Assembly: GCA_045611665.1 (NCBI GenBank)
Contig: JAZKXP010000004.1
Span: 1,446 to 65,445 of the forward strand
Direction of reading: 5' to 3'
Length of the DNA stretch: 64,000 nucleotides
From: Alphaproteobacteria bacterium
GTDB lineage: Bacteria; Pseudomonadota; Alphaproteobacteria; CAAHEQ01; UBA3637
Under the pieces are notes generated by a model. The model was not told the DNA's origin and did not search any database. It worked only from the letters and a program-made list of their open reading frames with translations. Positions within the stretch are counted from its first letter, which is position 1, and each line of letters opens with the position of its first letter. Shown piece after piece: positions 1 through 9,236 of the stretch. A program made the translations under genes and the position numbers.

Positions 1-904
1 TGCCGTCTTTAAAAATCAATTTTTTCAGTTTATTTTTATCGGCATCGTTTAAGAACGCACAGCCACGGTCAATAAATTCTTGTTTGACTTTTTCATAAAT
101 GGGTTCTTCAACAATAACGGCTTGTTCAGAGGCACAAATCACACCATTATCAAATGTTTTACTCATAATAACGGAGCTGACTGCCATTTTAATATTCGCT
201 GTTGTGTCAATGACAACCGGTGTATTACCGGCACCCACACCGATAGCCGGATTACCGGAACTGTAAGCGGCCTTTACCATACCCGGACCACCTGTAGCCA
301 AAATCAAAGCGATATTTTTATGACCCATTAAATAGCCTGTAAGGGCCGGCGTCGGATTATCAATCCAAGCGATAATATCTTCCGGAGCCCCGGCAGCTAC
401 AGCAGCATCCAATACTAATTTAGCGGCATAGTTTGTGGATTTTTTAGCGCGTGGGTGTGGCGCAAAAATAATACCGTTTCTGGTTTTAAGGGCCAGCAAA
501 GATTTAAAAATAGCCGTTGATGTCGGGTTTGTCGTCGGCACAATACCGGCAATCAAGCCAACCGGTTCGGCAATTTGTTTAAAACCACCGGCCGGATCAT
601 TACAAATCACACCGCATGTTTTTGTGTCTTTATAGGTGTTAAAAATATATTCGGCAGCAAAGTGGTTTTTAATCACTTTATCTTCCACAACACCCATACC
701 TGTTTCTTCCACAGCCATTTTGGACAGCGGAATACGAGCAGCGGCACAAGCAGCGGCCGCAGCTTTAAAAATTTTATCAACTTGTTCTTGAGTGTAGGTT
801 GCAAAAACGGCTTGAGCTTTTTTTACCTTAGCCACCAATGCATCTACATGCGCTTGTTCGGCTTCACTCAACCCGGCAGGCGCAGTCGTTTTTTTATCTG
901 TCAT
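1..904 (-). CDS. adhE: Bifunctional aldehyde-alcohol dehydrogenase AdhE-like, N-terminal acetaldehyde-CoA dehydrogenase domain; partial, the 3' part runs off the window start
   Basis: Not in the ORF track because it runs off the edge. My translation of the reverse complement from the ATG at 904..902 reads MTDKKTTAPAGLSEAEQAHVDALVAKVKKAQAVFATYTQEQVDKIFKAAAAA..IPLSKMAVEETGMGVVEDKVIKNHFAAEYIFNTYKD..TCGV..GLIAGIVPTTNPTSTAIFKSL..GGPGMVKAAYSSGNPAIGVGAGNTPVVID..MSKTFDNGVICASEQ. This is near motif-for-motif with the E. coli AdhE N-terminus. An RBS GGAGAAAG sits upstream on the minus strand. The three plus-strand track ORFs here translate to low-complexity junk. Confidence 0.8.
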   Translation of the reverse strand, partial: MTDKKTTAPAGLSEAEQAHVDALVAKVKKAQAVFATYTQEQVDKIFKAAAAACAAARIPLSKMAVEETGMGVVEDKVIKNHFAAEYIFNTYKDTKTCGVICNDPAGGFKQIAEPVGLIAGIVPTTNPTSTAIFKSLLALKTRNGIIFAPHPRAKKSTNYAAKLVLDAAVAAGAPEDIIAWIDNPTPALTGYLMGHKNIALILATGGPGMVKAAYSSGNPAIGVGAGNTPVVIDTTANIKMAVSSVIMSKTFDNGVICASEQAVIVEEPIYEKVKQEFIDRGCAFLNDADKNKLKKLIFKDG

Positions 905-989
905 ACTTTCTCCTTTAAGTTTGCTGGTTAATTATGACAGAAAGATGACACATTTTTTCCCAAAAAGCAAGAGAAAGATTATTGTTTTA

Positions 990-1406
990 TCACTTTTTCA
1001 AAAGCGCTCGAATGGCAGTTGTGGATCGCGATGGCAATTTATCGTGTGGAACTCTTTTTGAAACAATATATTGAATCCCTTTACTTTCAATAAATGCCCG
1101 TTTTTGCTCACTGTCTCCATCTTGATTAACAAAGAAAATATCGGGCTTTACAACATCTAACAATGGCGCGAAATCCATTATTCCGGTATCCGGTCCTATA
1201 AAAACCTGATGCACACAGCGCAGGGCCTCAACCATATATTTGCGTTCTTCCTGATTATATAACGCCGGCCTGTTTTTATATTTCAAAATCGTTTCATCCG
1301 ACCCGATAGAGACGTACAGTTGACCATGTTCTGCCGCTTCCTCTAAAAAGGCAATGTGCCCGGAATGAAGCACGTCAAAACACCCAGATACCATTACTTT
1401 TGTCAT
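990..1406 (-). CDS. Cytidylyltransferase-like nucleotidyltransferase (HldE domain II / TagD-like)
   Basis: 138 aa. N-terminal VSGCFDVLHSGHIAFLEEA is the (H/T)xGH signature of the CTP-transferase / ADP-heptose synthase C-domain family. Confidence 0.6.
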   Translation of the reverse strand: MTKVMVSGCFDVLHSGHIAFLEEAAEHGQLYVSIGSDETILKYKNRPALYNQEERKYMVEALRCVHQVFIGPDTGIMDFAPLLDVVKPDIFFVNQDGDSEQKRAFIESKGIQYIVSKRVPHDKLPSRSTTAIRALLKK

Positions 1407-1415
1407 AAAAACTCC

Positions 1416-2369
1416 TCATGAAAATAATCCAGCCATTTGATTTAACCGTTCAATACGTTTTTCAATTGGTGGATGTGTACTACCAAAAAACGCCATACGA
1501 TTTGGATCCAACGGATCATAAATACAGGCATGCGACATATTTTTTGATTTATCTAAAACTTCCACACGGGCATCTTGTGAAATCTTACGCAATGCACGGG
1601 CCAACGCCGCCGGATTGCGGGTAATATAAGCTGCCGTTGCATCAGCTGCATACTCTCTGGTTCTAGAAATAGCCATGCGAATAATCGGCGCCACGACAAA
1701 ATTAAAAATCAACAGCGCAAACCCAATCAAAAAAATGGCGGTTTTAGCTGTTCCTTCATCTTTATGACGCCCTCCACTGCCACCGATACGAAACAATAGT
1801 TCAGCAAGCATCGCACACACACCAAGCCCCGTAATAATAATCATATTTAGTCGGATATCCCGATTACCGATATGCCCCATTTCATGAGCAATCACCGCCT
1901 CTAACTCCAACGGTTCTAATTTTGCCACAATACCAGTTGTCAAAGCCACAGAAGCCGTCTTTGGCGAGTGTCCCGTTGCAAAAGCATTTAACGACTCGTC
2001 TTCAATTAAATACACTTTCGGAACGGGCAAACCGGCTGCAATAGCCACGTTTTCAACAGCATTATATATTTTTTTATGGGCCAACCGTCCATCATTCGGC
2101 ACCAATTCGGCACCGGCGAATCCCAACATCATTTTATCGCCCATAAAATAGGAAATCACCCCCCAAATAAGGGCTATTCCGGCAATGGGCAGAGCAAATT
2201 CCAACAACATATTCCAAGCAACAGACCACCCGTTTGGACTGTGCATAAAAGACAATCCCATCACCAAGTAAATAATGACCAATAACAAAACAGGCATAGC
2301 AAAAACCAACAACATCGTTTTAATGTTGTTGGCCCAAATATGATCATAAACCGTTTTTGACGATACCAT
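1416..2369 (-). CDS. htpX: Zinc metalloprotease HtpX
   Basis: 317 aa with N-terminal TM helices and an HEMGH zinc motif (AHEMGHIGNRD). Paired with lemA as commonly seen. Confidence 0.85.
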   Translation of the reverse strand: MVSSKTVYDHIWANNIKTMLLVFAMPVLLLVIIYLVMGLSFMHSPNGWSVAWNMLLEFALPIAGIALIWGVISYFMGDKMMLGFAGAELVPNDGRLAHKKIYNAVENVAIAAGLPVPKVYLIEDESLNAFATGHSPKTASVALTTGIVAKLEPLELEAVIAHEMGHIGNRDIRLNMIIITGLGVCAMLAELLFRIGGSGGRHKDEGTAKTAIFLIGFALLIFNFVVAPIIRMAISRTREYAADATAAYITRNPAALARALRKISQDARVEVLDKSKNMSHACIYDPLDPNRMAFFGSTHPPIEKRIERLNQMAGLFS

Positions 2370-2379
2370 TTACACCCTC

Positions 2380-2934
2380 TTAGAAAGAAACCTTTGGTGT
2401 TTGTTGAACGGCTTTTTTTTCAGCTTCATCCAATTCAAAATATTCTGCCGGTTTAAATTTAAACGCATTCGCAATCAAATTGCTCGGGAACATTTCAATT
2501 TTGGTATTCAAGCTCATCACAACCGTATTATAAAATTGACGAGCGGCTTGAATTTTATTTTCCGTATCACTGAGTTCTTGTTGTAATTCTAAAAAGTTGG
2601 TATTGGCTTTTAAGTCCGGATAGGCTTCAGACAAAGCGAACAATGATTTAAGCGTACCCGTTAAAATGTTTTCATCTTTAGCCCGTTCTACCGTATCCGT
2701 TGCATTCATAGCCACATTTCTAGCCTGAATAACCGCTTCCAACGTTTGACTTTCGTGTTTGGCGTATCCTTTAACAACTTCAACCAAATTCGGAATCAAA
2801 TCGTAACGGCGTTTCAGATGTGTATCTACCGTTGACCACGCTTCTTTCACATGTTGGCGGGCAACGACCAATTTGTTATATAAACTAATAACTAAAACAA
2901 ATAAAACAGCAACAATAACTAAAGCAATTAACAT
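2380..2934 (-). CDS. lemA: LemA family protein
   Basis: 184 aa with an N-terminal TM followed by a coiled-coil region; conserved LemA-HtpX gene pair. Confidence 0.75.
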   Translation of the reverse strand: MLIALVIVAVLFVLVISLYNKLVVARQHVKEAWSTVDTHLKRRYDLIPNLVEVVKGYAKHESQTLEAVIQARNVAMNATDTVERAKDENILTGTLKSLFALSEAYPDLKANTNFLELQQELSDTENKIQAARQFYNTVVMSLNTKIEMFPSNLIANAFKFKPAEYFELDEAEKKAVQQTPKVSF

Positions 2935-2952
2935 TTTTATTTCCTTTCATGT

Positions 2953-2981
2953 TTGACAAAATAACGAATATAAGATAGTAT
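2953..2981 (+). promoter_or_regulatory. Sigma70-like promoter for the ppa operon
   Basis: TTGACA at 2953..2958, a 17-nt spacer, then TAGTAT at 2976..2981, about 35 nt upstream of the ppa ATG. Confidence 0.45.
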
Positions 2982-3016
2982 TATCATTATTTATTATAAA
3001 AAGAAAGGATTTTTTT

Positions 3017-3565
3017 ATGCATCCGTGGCATCATGTTGAGTTATATCCCGAAACACCGGATTTAGTACCGGCCATTATTGAAATTCCCAAAGGGTGTCAA
3101 ATCAAATATGAATTAGACAAACCCAGCGGTTTATTGAAAGCAGACCGTATTTTATACAGCTCTGTTCACTATCCGGCCAACTATGGCTTTATCCCCAGAA
3201 CATACTGTGATGATAATGACCCGTTGGATGTGTTGTTATTGGGTCATACCCTTTGCCCAATGTGTATTGCCAGAGCAAAACCTATCGGTGTGATGAAAAT
3301 GGTTGATGGGGGTGAAGCCGATGATAAAATCATTGCTGTACATTTTGATGATCCGGAACTGGGGCACTATAATCACATTGACGAATTACCGCCTCATACA
3401 TTAAAAATGCTGCGTCGTTTTTTTGAAGATTACAAAATCTTAGAACAAAAAGAAGTTACAATCGATTGTTTCTTAGGCCCCGGCGAAGCTAAACAGGTTA
3501 TCGGAGCGGCGATGAAATTGTACGAGGCCGAAAAGGAAAATTTACCAGGATACAATGTTAAATGA
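3017..3565 (+). CDS. ppa: Inorganic pyrophosphatase
   Basis: 182 aa, family I soluble PPase (..[26 protein letters not shown].. pattern). The stop overlaps the next start (ATGA). Confidence 0.9.
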   Translation: MHPWHHVELYPETPDLVPAIIEIPKGCQIKYELDKPSGLLKADRILYSSVHYPANYGFIPRTYCDDNDPLDVLLLGHTLCPMCIARAKPIGVMKMVDGGEADDKIIAVHFDDPELGHYNHIDELPPHTLKMLRRFFEDYKILEQKEVTIDCFLGPGEAKQVIGAAMKLYEAEKENLPGYNVK

Positions 3566-4422
3566 CCCCTCAAAAGATAGAGTCTCTCTTAGATATCGCC
3601 CCTAAATACGATACCATTTTTACCGATATGTTTGGTGTCATTTGGGATGGTGAGGCTTTTTTTGACGGCGTTTTTGATACTTTTGCCCATCTGAAAGAAA
3701 TAGGTAAAAAAATCTATATCATTTCCAATGCCACAACCGTTGGTTCGCTGATGAGTGAAAAAGCCGCGCGCGCCGGATTGAAGTTGGGTCAACATTTTGA
3801 TGGATTTTTGACCTCAGGCGACACATTAAAAGATAAATTATCACAGGGATTTTTTGAACAAATTGCTGCTAAAAAAGATTATCTGTTTTATATAATCGGA
3901 CGGGATAATCCTTTGTTATTTGACGGATTAGAACATCACAAAACATCCGATTTAAAAAAGGCCGATTTTGTTTATATCAGCAGTTTAATTATAAACGGCA
4001 TTCATCCCACTTCTTTAGAGGCTTTTTTACCCGATTTGGAACAAACATTGGCTTTAAATTTGCCGGTGGTATGTGCCAATCCTGACTTTTTTGCCTTATA
4101 TAAAGATTTAAAATATTATACGGGCGGTTCTGCGGCAAAATGGTATGAAGAACACGGAGGAACGACTCATTGGATTGGCAAGCCTTATACCAATATTTTT
4201 GACTATGCTTTAAAAATGACCGGTTCGAATAAAAATAAAACCGTTATGATTGGTGATACATTACGGACAGATATTGCCGGTGCCAAAAACGCCGGTTTAG
4301 ACAGTATTTTAATTACAGGACGAGGCATTACCCATGATGACATTCAAAATAGTAAAACATTGGAAGAATGCTTTAAAGAGAATCATGTGCGCCCGACCTA
4401 TTTATTAGATATGATTAAGTGA
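3562..4422 (+). CDS. HAD superfamily hydrolase, subfamily IIA (NagD-like)
   Basis: 286 aa with the HAD motif I region DMFGVIWDG, an ..ISNATT.. motif and a C-terminal [15 protein letters not shown] (HAD motifs III/IV). Confidence 0.65.
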   Translation: MTPQKIESLLDIAPKYDTIFTDMFGVIWDGEAFFDGVFDTFAHLKEIGKKIYIISNATTVGSLMSEKAARAGLKLGQHFDGFLTSGDTLKDKLSQGFFEQIAAKKDYLFYIIGRDNPLLFDGLEHHKTSDLKKADFVYISSLIINGIHPTSLEAFLPDLEQTLALNLPVVCANPDFFALYKDLKYYTGGSAAKWYEEHGGTTHWIGKPYTNIFDYALKMTGSNKNKTVMIGDTLRTDIAGAKNAGLDSILITGRGITHDDIQNSKTLEECFKENHVRPTYLLDMIK

Positions 4423-4434
4423 AAGGAGTTTAAT

Positions 4435-5250
4435 ATGAAAACTTTAATCGGAATTCCGGCTCGCTATGGGTCAACACGTTTCCCGGGGAAACCACTAGCT
4501 AAAATTGCCGGAAAAGAAATGTTATTGCGTGTTTATGAAAATGCGATGAAAGCTGCCTCAAAATTTGACGGATGCGAAGCCATCGTTGCCACGGATGATG
4601 AACGCATTATGGCTTTTTGCGCCGAAAAAGGAATAAAGGCTCAAATGACCTCATCAGAATGCAGAACGGGAACAGACCGCATTGTGGAACTGGTTCGCTC
4701 ACAGGCTGAAAAACCGGAATTTGTCGTTAATTTACAAGGCGACAACCCCATTTGTCCAACATGGTTTATTGAAGCCATTATCGGCGCCTATTATAACGAT
4801 AACACCGTTGAAACCGTTACACCGGTTGTGAATTTATCTTGGACGGAATTGGACAGTTTGCGTGACCACAAACGTGAAACGCCATTTTCCGGTACAACGG
4901 CCGTTTTTAATGATAAAGGCGATGCTTTTTATTTTTCAAAAAACATTATTCCGGCCATTCGCAAAGAAGATAAAATCCGTGAAACAGCCGATATGTCTCC
5001 GGTCTATCGCCAAGTCGGATTATACGGATATCGCACGGATATTTTGGAAAAAATTGCCTCTTTGCCAGAAGGTGTTTATGAAAAATTAGAAGGCCTTGAA
5101 CAACTGCGTTGGATTGAAAATAATATTAAAGTGCGTTGCGTTAAAGTGGATTATCGCAACTTTACAAAAATGGCGGCTTTGTCCGGTGTAGATTCTCCGG
5201 CAGATGTGGCGCGTGTTGAAGCTGTGTTAGCTGAATATGGTGAATTTTAA
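4435..5250 (+). CDS. kdsB: 3-deoxy-manno-octulosonate cytidylyltransferase (CMP-Kdo synthetase)
   Basis: 271 aa. N-terminal IPARYGSTRFPGKPL is the KdsB signature. Confidence 0.85.
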   Translation: MKTLIGIPARYGSTRFPGKPLAKIAGKEMLLRVYENAMKAASKFDGCEAIVATDDERIMAFCAEKGIKAQMTSSECRTGTDRIVELVRSQAEKPEFVVNLQGDNPICPTWFIEAIIGAYYNDNTVETVTPVVNLSWTELDSLRDHKRETPFSGTTAVFNDKGDAFYFSKNIIPAIRKEDKIRETADMSPVYRQVGLYGYRTDILEKIASLPEGVYEKLEGLEQLRWIENNIKVRCVKVDYRNFTKMAALSGVDSPADVARVEAVLAEYGEF

Positions 5251-5262
5251 CAAGGAGGTATC

Positions 5263-5904
5263 ATGACAACTCGTTTAATTATTGCCCGTCACGGAAATAC
5301 GTTTGAAAAAGGTCAAACACCGACACGAGTCGGCGCCAGAACGGATTTAGCCTTAGTGGAAACAGAACGCGGCACAAATGTCGGTTTGTATTTGAAAAAA
5401 GCCGGATTGTTGCCGGAGGCTGTGTTTGCGGCCCCTTTGAAACGGACCACTCAAACGGCAGAATTAGCCATCAAAGCTATGGAATTGGATACCCGCGTCA
5501 TACCGGAACATTCCTTTACGGAAATTGATTATGGTCCGGATGAAAATAAAACGGAAGACGAAGTCATCGCCCGTATCGGTCCAGAGGCTATTGATTTGTG
5601 GAATAAAGAGGCTATCGTGCCAAACGGTTGGGTTGTGAACCCTAAGGGCATTATCAATGATTGGCGCGCTTTTGCCGATAAAGTGGAAAATGAATATCAT
5701 GGCAAAAATGTTTTGGTTGTATCCAGCAACGGCATTATTCGCTTTGCCCCATATTTGACAGGCGATTTTGACGGATTTTGCCGTGAACACGATATCAAAG
5801 TCGGCACCGGATGTATTTGTATTTTTGAAAAAGAAGACGGTGATGCAACATGGCGCTGCACCACTTGGAACCTCAAACCAAAAGATGCATTAGCAAATTT
5901 ATAA
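5263..5904 (+). CDS. Histidine phosphatase family protein (phosphoglycerate mutase-like)
   Basis: 213 aa with an N-terminal IIARHGNT RHG motif; last gene of the ppa-HAD-kdsB operon. Confidence 0.6.
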   Translation: MTTRLIIARHGNTFEKGQTPTRVGARTDLALVETERGTNVGLYLKKAGLLPEAVFAAPLKRTTQTAELAIKAMELDTRVIPEHSFTEIDYGPDENKTEDEVIARIGPEAIDLWNKEAIVPNGWVVNPKGIINDWRAFADKVENEYHGKNVLVVSSNGIIRFAPYLTGDFDGFCREHDIKVGTGCICIFEKEDGDATWRCTTWNLKPKDALANL

Positions 5905-5916
5905 TATCAATACAAA

Positions 5917-5947
5917 AAACGGAATCAACCTCGGTTCCGTTTTTTAA
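5917..5947 (+). terminator. Rho-independent terminator of the ppa-kdsB operon
   Basis: Stem AAACGGAA / TTCCGTTT (5917..5924 and 5935..5942) followed by a T-run. Confidence 0.6.
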
Positions 5948-6152
5948 TGTTTCTTATTCTATTTTTAAATATATCATTAACTATATTGAAATAAAAATAT
6001 ACATTTTGTTTATTTATTAAATTATTATTTTTACAATAGAGTGTCATTTTTCGAAAAAAACGATTTTTTAAAGAAAAATAATCATTTTTTACACTTTTTT
6101 GTTGCAATTATATTTTTATTGGTGTATCCATACTTTCAGATACAACAAAAAA

Positions 6153-6181
6153 TTGTCTTAAGCTTTGAGGACAAATAAAAT
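6153..6181 (+). promoter_or_regulatory. Candidate sigma70 promoter of an intergenic sRNA / small-ORF unit
   Basis: TTGTCT at 6153..6158, a 17-nt spacer, then TAAAAT at 6176..6181. Lies in a 430-nt intergenic gap between convergent genes. Confidence 0.3.
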
Positions 6182-6188
6182 CATCAGC

Positions 6189-6318
6189 CGAAACAAGATG
6201 TTTGTTGTATAGGGGGACTTTGTTCCAACCGACAGATTAATAGGGGGAGTTAATCTTGGATACGGTTGTGAATGAAGAGGATGACCGGCGACCTTTGAGA
6301 CGTCGGCCATTCTTTTTA
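6189..6318 (+). ncRNA. Candidate ~130-nt sRNA (or leader of a tiny ORF) carrying two UAGGGGGA boxes
   Basis: Bounded by the candidate promoter above and a 3' hairpin (GGCGAC..GUCGGCC with one bulge) plus UUCUUUUU at about 6283..6318. Contains the repeats AUAGGGGGAC and AUAGGGGGAG, and an internal hairpin CAACCG/CGGUUG. Confidence 0.3.
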
Positions 6319-6332
6319 TGGGTACAAAAAAT

Positions 6333-6800
6333 TTAATCTTTATGATACGGATGACCATCTAAAATGGTTTTAGCACGATAAATTTGCTCGGCAAGCACCA
6401 CACGCATCAGCATGTGAGGAAGCGTCATCCGACCAAACGATAATTTTAAATCTGCCCGCTGTCTTAAAGTTTCAGAATGTCCATTGGCTCCCCCGATTAG
6501 AAAAGCCACCGTACCAACACCGCTATCTTGCCATACACGCAAGCGGCTGGCCAACTCACGAGAGGACAGTGTTTCTCCTCGCTCATCCAACACCACAATT
6601 TTGGCATCATTTGGTAACGCCTTTAATAACAATTCGGATTCAGCCGATTTTAATTCATCTACCGGCAATGCGCGTTTTTCTTCAACCTCTTTTATTTCAA
6701 CCGGCCATCTGGTTTTGGATACATACTCATTTATCAGAGCCTCTTCAGGGCTCTTTTTTTTCATTTTACCAACGGCACCGATAATTATTTTCATTGACAC
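6333..6800 (-). CDS. rlmH: 23S rRNA (pseudouridine1915-N3)-methyltransferase RlmH
   Basis: 155 aa SPOUT-class methyltransferase of typical RlmH length; begins MKIIIGAVGKMKK. Confidence 0.8.
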   Translation of the reverse strand: MSMKIIIGAVGKMKKKSPEEALINEYVSKTRWPVEIKEVEEKRALPVDELKSAESELLLKALPNDAKIVVLDERGETLSSRELASRLRVWQDSGVGTVAFLIGGANGHSETLRQRADLKLSFGRMTLPHMLMRVVLAEQIYRAKTILDGHPYHKD

Positions 6801-7201
6801 TTCTTTTCATATTTAATAGGCAATAACTCACCGATTTTATGAACGTCATACCCTTTTTTATTATCGGCCGGCACAACAACCAGTGTATCCTTATCGCCAT
6901 AATCGGCAATAAACTCACGACATCGGCCACAAGGCGATACCAGATAGGCGTCTTTATCCCGAGCTACGGCAATTAATTTGATTTTCATATCCTCTTCAGC
7001 CATCACAGCTCTGGCAATTGCCGACGTTTCGGCACACACAGCAATAGACGGTTGCGTCGTTCCCAAATTTAATCCGGTATAAATATGCCCATTGTGTGTT
7101 AATATTGCCGCCGCCACCACAAAATGATGACCGTCTTTTTGATACCGCTGTTTAATCAGCTCTTGAGCTGCCGTTATAACCCGTTCAATATCTTTTTGCA
7201 T
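6791..7201 (-). CDS. cdd: Cytidine deaminase
   Basis: 136 aa with CAETSAI and PCGRCRE zinc-binding motifs of the cytidine/deoxycytidylate deaminase family. Confidence 0.8.
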   Translation of the reverse strand: MQKDIERVITAAQELIKQRYQKDGHHFVVAAAILTHNGHIYTGLNLGTTQPSIAVCAETSAIARAVMAEEDMKIKLIAVARDKDAYLVSPCGRCREFIADYGDKDTLVVVPADNKKGYDVHKIGELLPIKYEKKCQ

Positions 7202-7202
7202 C

Positions 7203-7844
7203 TTAATTCACCTCTTTAATCAACGCGTCCAAAGACTCTCTGGCCTCTTCTTCATATTCAGCCGCCTTCTCTTCTATTTCCTGCCGAATTTCTTGTTTAA
7301 TTTCCTCACCGGTTTTTTCGACTGTTTTTTCCTTTAATCCCTTTTGTTTGTAAGATTTAATATCTTGTTTTATCGCCTCAGGAATAAACTTTTCCAACAC
7401 TTCAGACGATTGTTGTATGTAATACACGCTGACATTTTCTTCTTCTGCCTGTAACAATTGCTGAGATGAAAACACCATGGAGGCGCAAATATAAATGATT
7501 GCGATTAATAACCAAGCCCGAAAAACGCCAAATAACAATCCCAAAATTCTATCCAATCCACTCAATGAGCTTTCTCTGAGTTTTGAGGCAATACCGGCAT
7601 TAATCAGTGTCATAATAACTAACACCAAAATGGCAACCAATACCGACCCTAACACCCCGGCAATGACTTCATTACTGATTAACTTTCCCATAATCGGTTG
7701 AGATAAAGAGTAACTGTAAAGACCGGCAATCCCGGCAACAATCCACGAGGTAATTCCCAATAATTCCCGCACTAAGCCACGATACAAGGCAAAAATAACG
7801 GATAAGAAAACCGCAATCATGACTAAAATATCAATAACACCCAT
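7203..7844 (-). CDS. cvpA: CvpA family membrane protein
   Basis: 213 aa, four predicted TM helices with a charged C-terminal tail; conserved position upstream of radA. Confidence 0.65.
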   Translation of the reverse strand: MGVIDILVMIAVFLSVIFALYRGLVRELLGITSWIVAGIAGLYSYSLSQPIMGKLISNEVIAGVLGSVLVAILVLVIMTLINAGIASKLRESSLSGLDRILGLLFGVFRAWLLIAIIYICASMVFSSQQLLQAEEENVSVYYIQQSSEVLEKFIPEAIKQDIKSYKQKGLKEKTVEKTGEEIKQEIRQEIEEKAAEYEEEARESLDALIKEVN

Positions 7845-9235
7845 TACTGACCTCCTGTGAATAAATCTACTAAGGTTTTTAAATGCCCAACTTCCATCAC
7901 TCTAATATCGGCTTGTTTATTCTTTGTTTGACGTCTGGGCGGAATCATGGCTCGTTCAAACCCCAATTTAGCCGACTCTTTCAAGCGTAAATCCGGTTGA
8001 GAAACGGCTCTGGCCTCCCCCGACAACCCAATTTCACCAAATACCACCATATCCGCCGGAACCGGTTTTTGTACCAACGAAGAAACAATAGCTGCCGCCA
8101 CAGCCATATCACATGCCGGCTCAGTAATTTTTAATCCTCCGGCAACATTCAGGTAAATATCCTTATTGGCAAATGCGACCCCACATCTGGCCTCCAATAC
8201 GGCCAAAATCATATTCAGCCGGCCACTATCCCATCCGACAACGGCCCGTCTGGGAGCAGACCCGCCTTGAGGTGCAACAAGTGCTTGGATTTCCACCAAC
8301 ATCGGGCGAGACCCTTCCACACCGGCAAATACACAGCTACCGGCGATATTCCCCCGTCGTTCGGCCAAAAACAAAGCCGATGGATTCGGAACTTCTGAAA
8401 GTCCCAGTTCCGTCATTTCAAACACACCGATTTCATCCGTTGCCCCGAACCTGTTTTTAACGGAACGCAAAATACGGAAATGATGTCCTCTGTCGCCTTC
8501 AAAATACAAAACGGTGTCAACCATATGTTCTAACACTCTGGGACCAGCCAATGTTCCTTCTTTTGTAACATGTCCCACCAAAAACAATACAAAGCCTTTG
8601 CGTTTGGCAAGGCGTATCAATTCATGACCGGCGGCGCGCACCTGTCCAACTGTCCCAGGCGCAGAATCCAGCGAATCCACATACATTGTTTGAATTGAGT
8701 CTATAACCACAATGTCAGGAGATTCTGCCGTATCTAACGTGGCTACAATATCTCGCACATTAATGGCACTGGCTAAATCCACCGGAGATGTTGCCAATCC
8801 CAAACGTTGCGCTCTCAGACGCACTTGGTCAACTGATTCTTCACCGGAAATATAGACACACTTTGTGGGACAGCCCTCTTTATTCACACCATGCGATAAT
8901 TTGGATACCGTTTGCAATAATAATGTAGATTTTCCTATCCCTGGGTCACCCCCTACTAAAATAACGGAACCAGGGACTAAACCACCACCACAGACTCGGT
9001 CCAGTTCTCCTATATTGGATTTTAAACGAAATAGAATTTCGGGCGCCCCTTTTAAATCGGAAAATTGTAATTTACGCCCGCCTTGTCCACCGGTTGCTGT
9101 CGGGCTTTCCCGTTCGGGAATTTCCTCCTCAACAATCGTATTCCACGCATTACACGCCGGACACTTTCCCGCCCATTTTGCAAAAACGGAACCGCATTCT
9201 TGACACACAAACCTTGTTTGGGCTTTTTTAACCAT
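7844..9235 (-). CDS. radA: DNA repair protein RadA
   Basis: 463 aa with an N-terminal C4 zinc finger (CQECGS..CPAC), Walker A GDPGIGKST, a KNRFG motif and a Lon-like C-terminal domain. Confidence 0.9.
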   Translation of the reverse strand: MVKKAQTRFVCQECGSVFAKWAGKCPACNAWNTIVEEEIPERESPTATGGQGGRKLQFSDLKGAPEILFRLKSNIGELDRVCGGGLVPGSVILVGGDPGIGKSTLLLQTVSKLSHGVNKEGCPTKCVYISGEESVDQVRLRAQRLGLATSPVDLASAINVRDIVATLDTAESPDIVVIDSIQTMYVDSLDSAPGTVGQVRAAGHELIRLAKRKGFVLFLVGHVTKEGTLAGPRVLEHMVDTVLYFEGDRGHHFRILRSVKNRFGATDEIGVFEMTELGLSEVPNPSALFLAERRGNIAGSCVFAGVEGSRPMLVEIQALVAPQGGSAPRRAVVGWDSGRLNMILAVLEARCGVAFANKDIYLNVAGGLKITEPACDMAVAAAIVSSLVQKPVPADMVVFGEIGLSGEARAVSQPDLRLKESAKLGFERAMIPPRRQTKNKQADIRVMEVGHLKTLVDLFTGGQ

Positions 9236-9236
9236 C

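Noticed and set aside
80-931. Three plus-strand track ORFs (80..331, 435..635, 575..931)
   Set aside because: Their translations are low-complexity and motif-free. The opposite strand encodes a near-textbook AdhE N-terminus with an RBS, so these are antisense shadows.
5925-6358. Minus-strand track ORFs 5925..6107 and 6158..6358
   Set aside because: They lie in AT-rich intergenic DNA with Lys/Asn/Ile-rich low-complexity translations and no RBS. They are better explained as a non-coding region and a possible sRNA.
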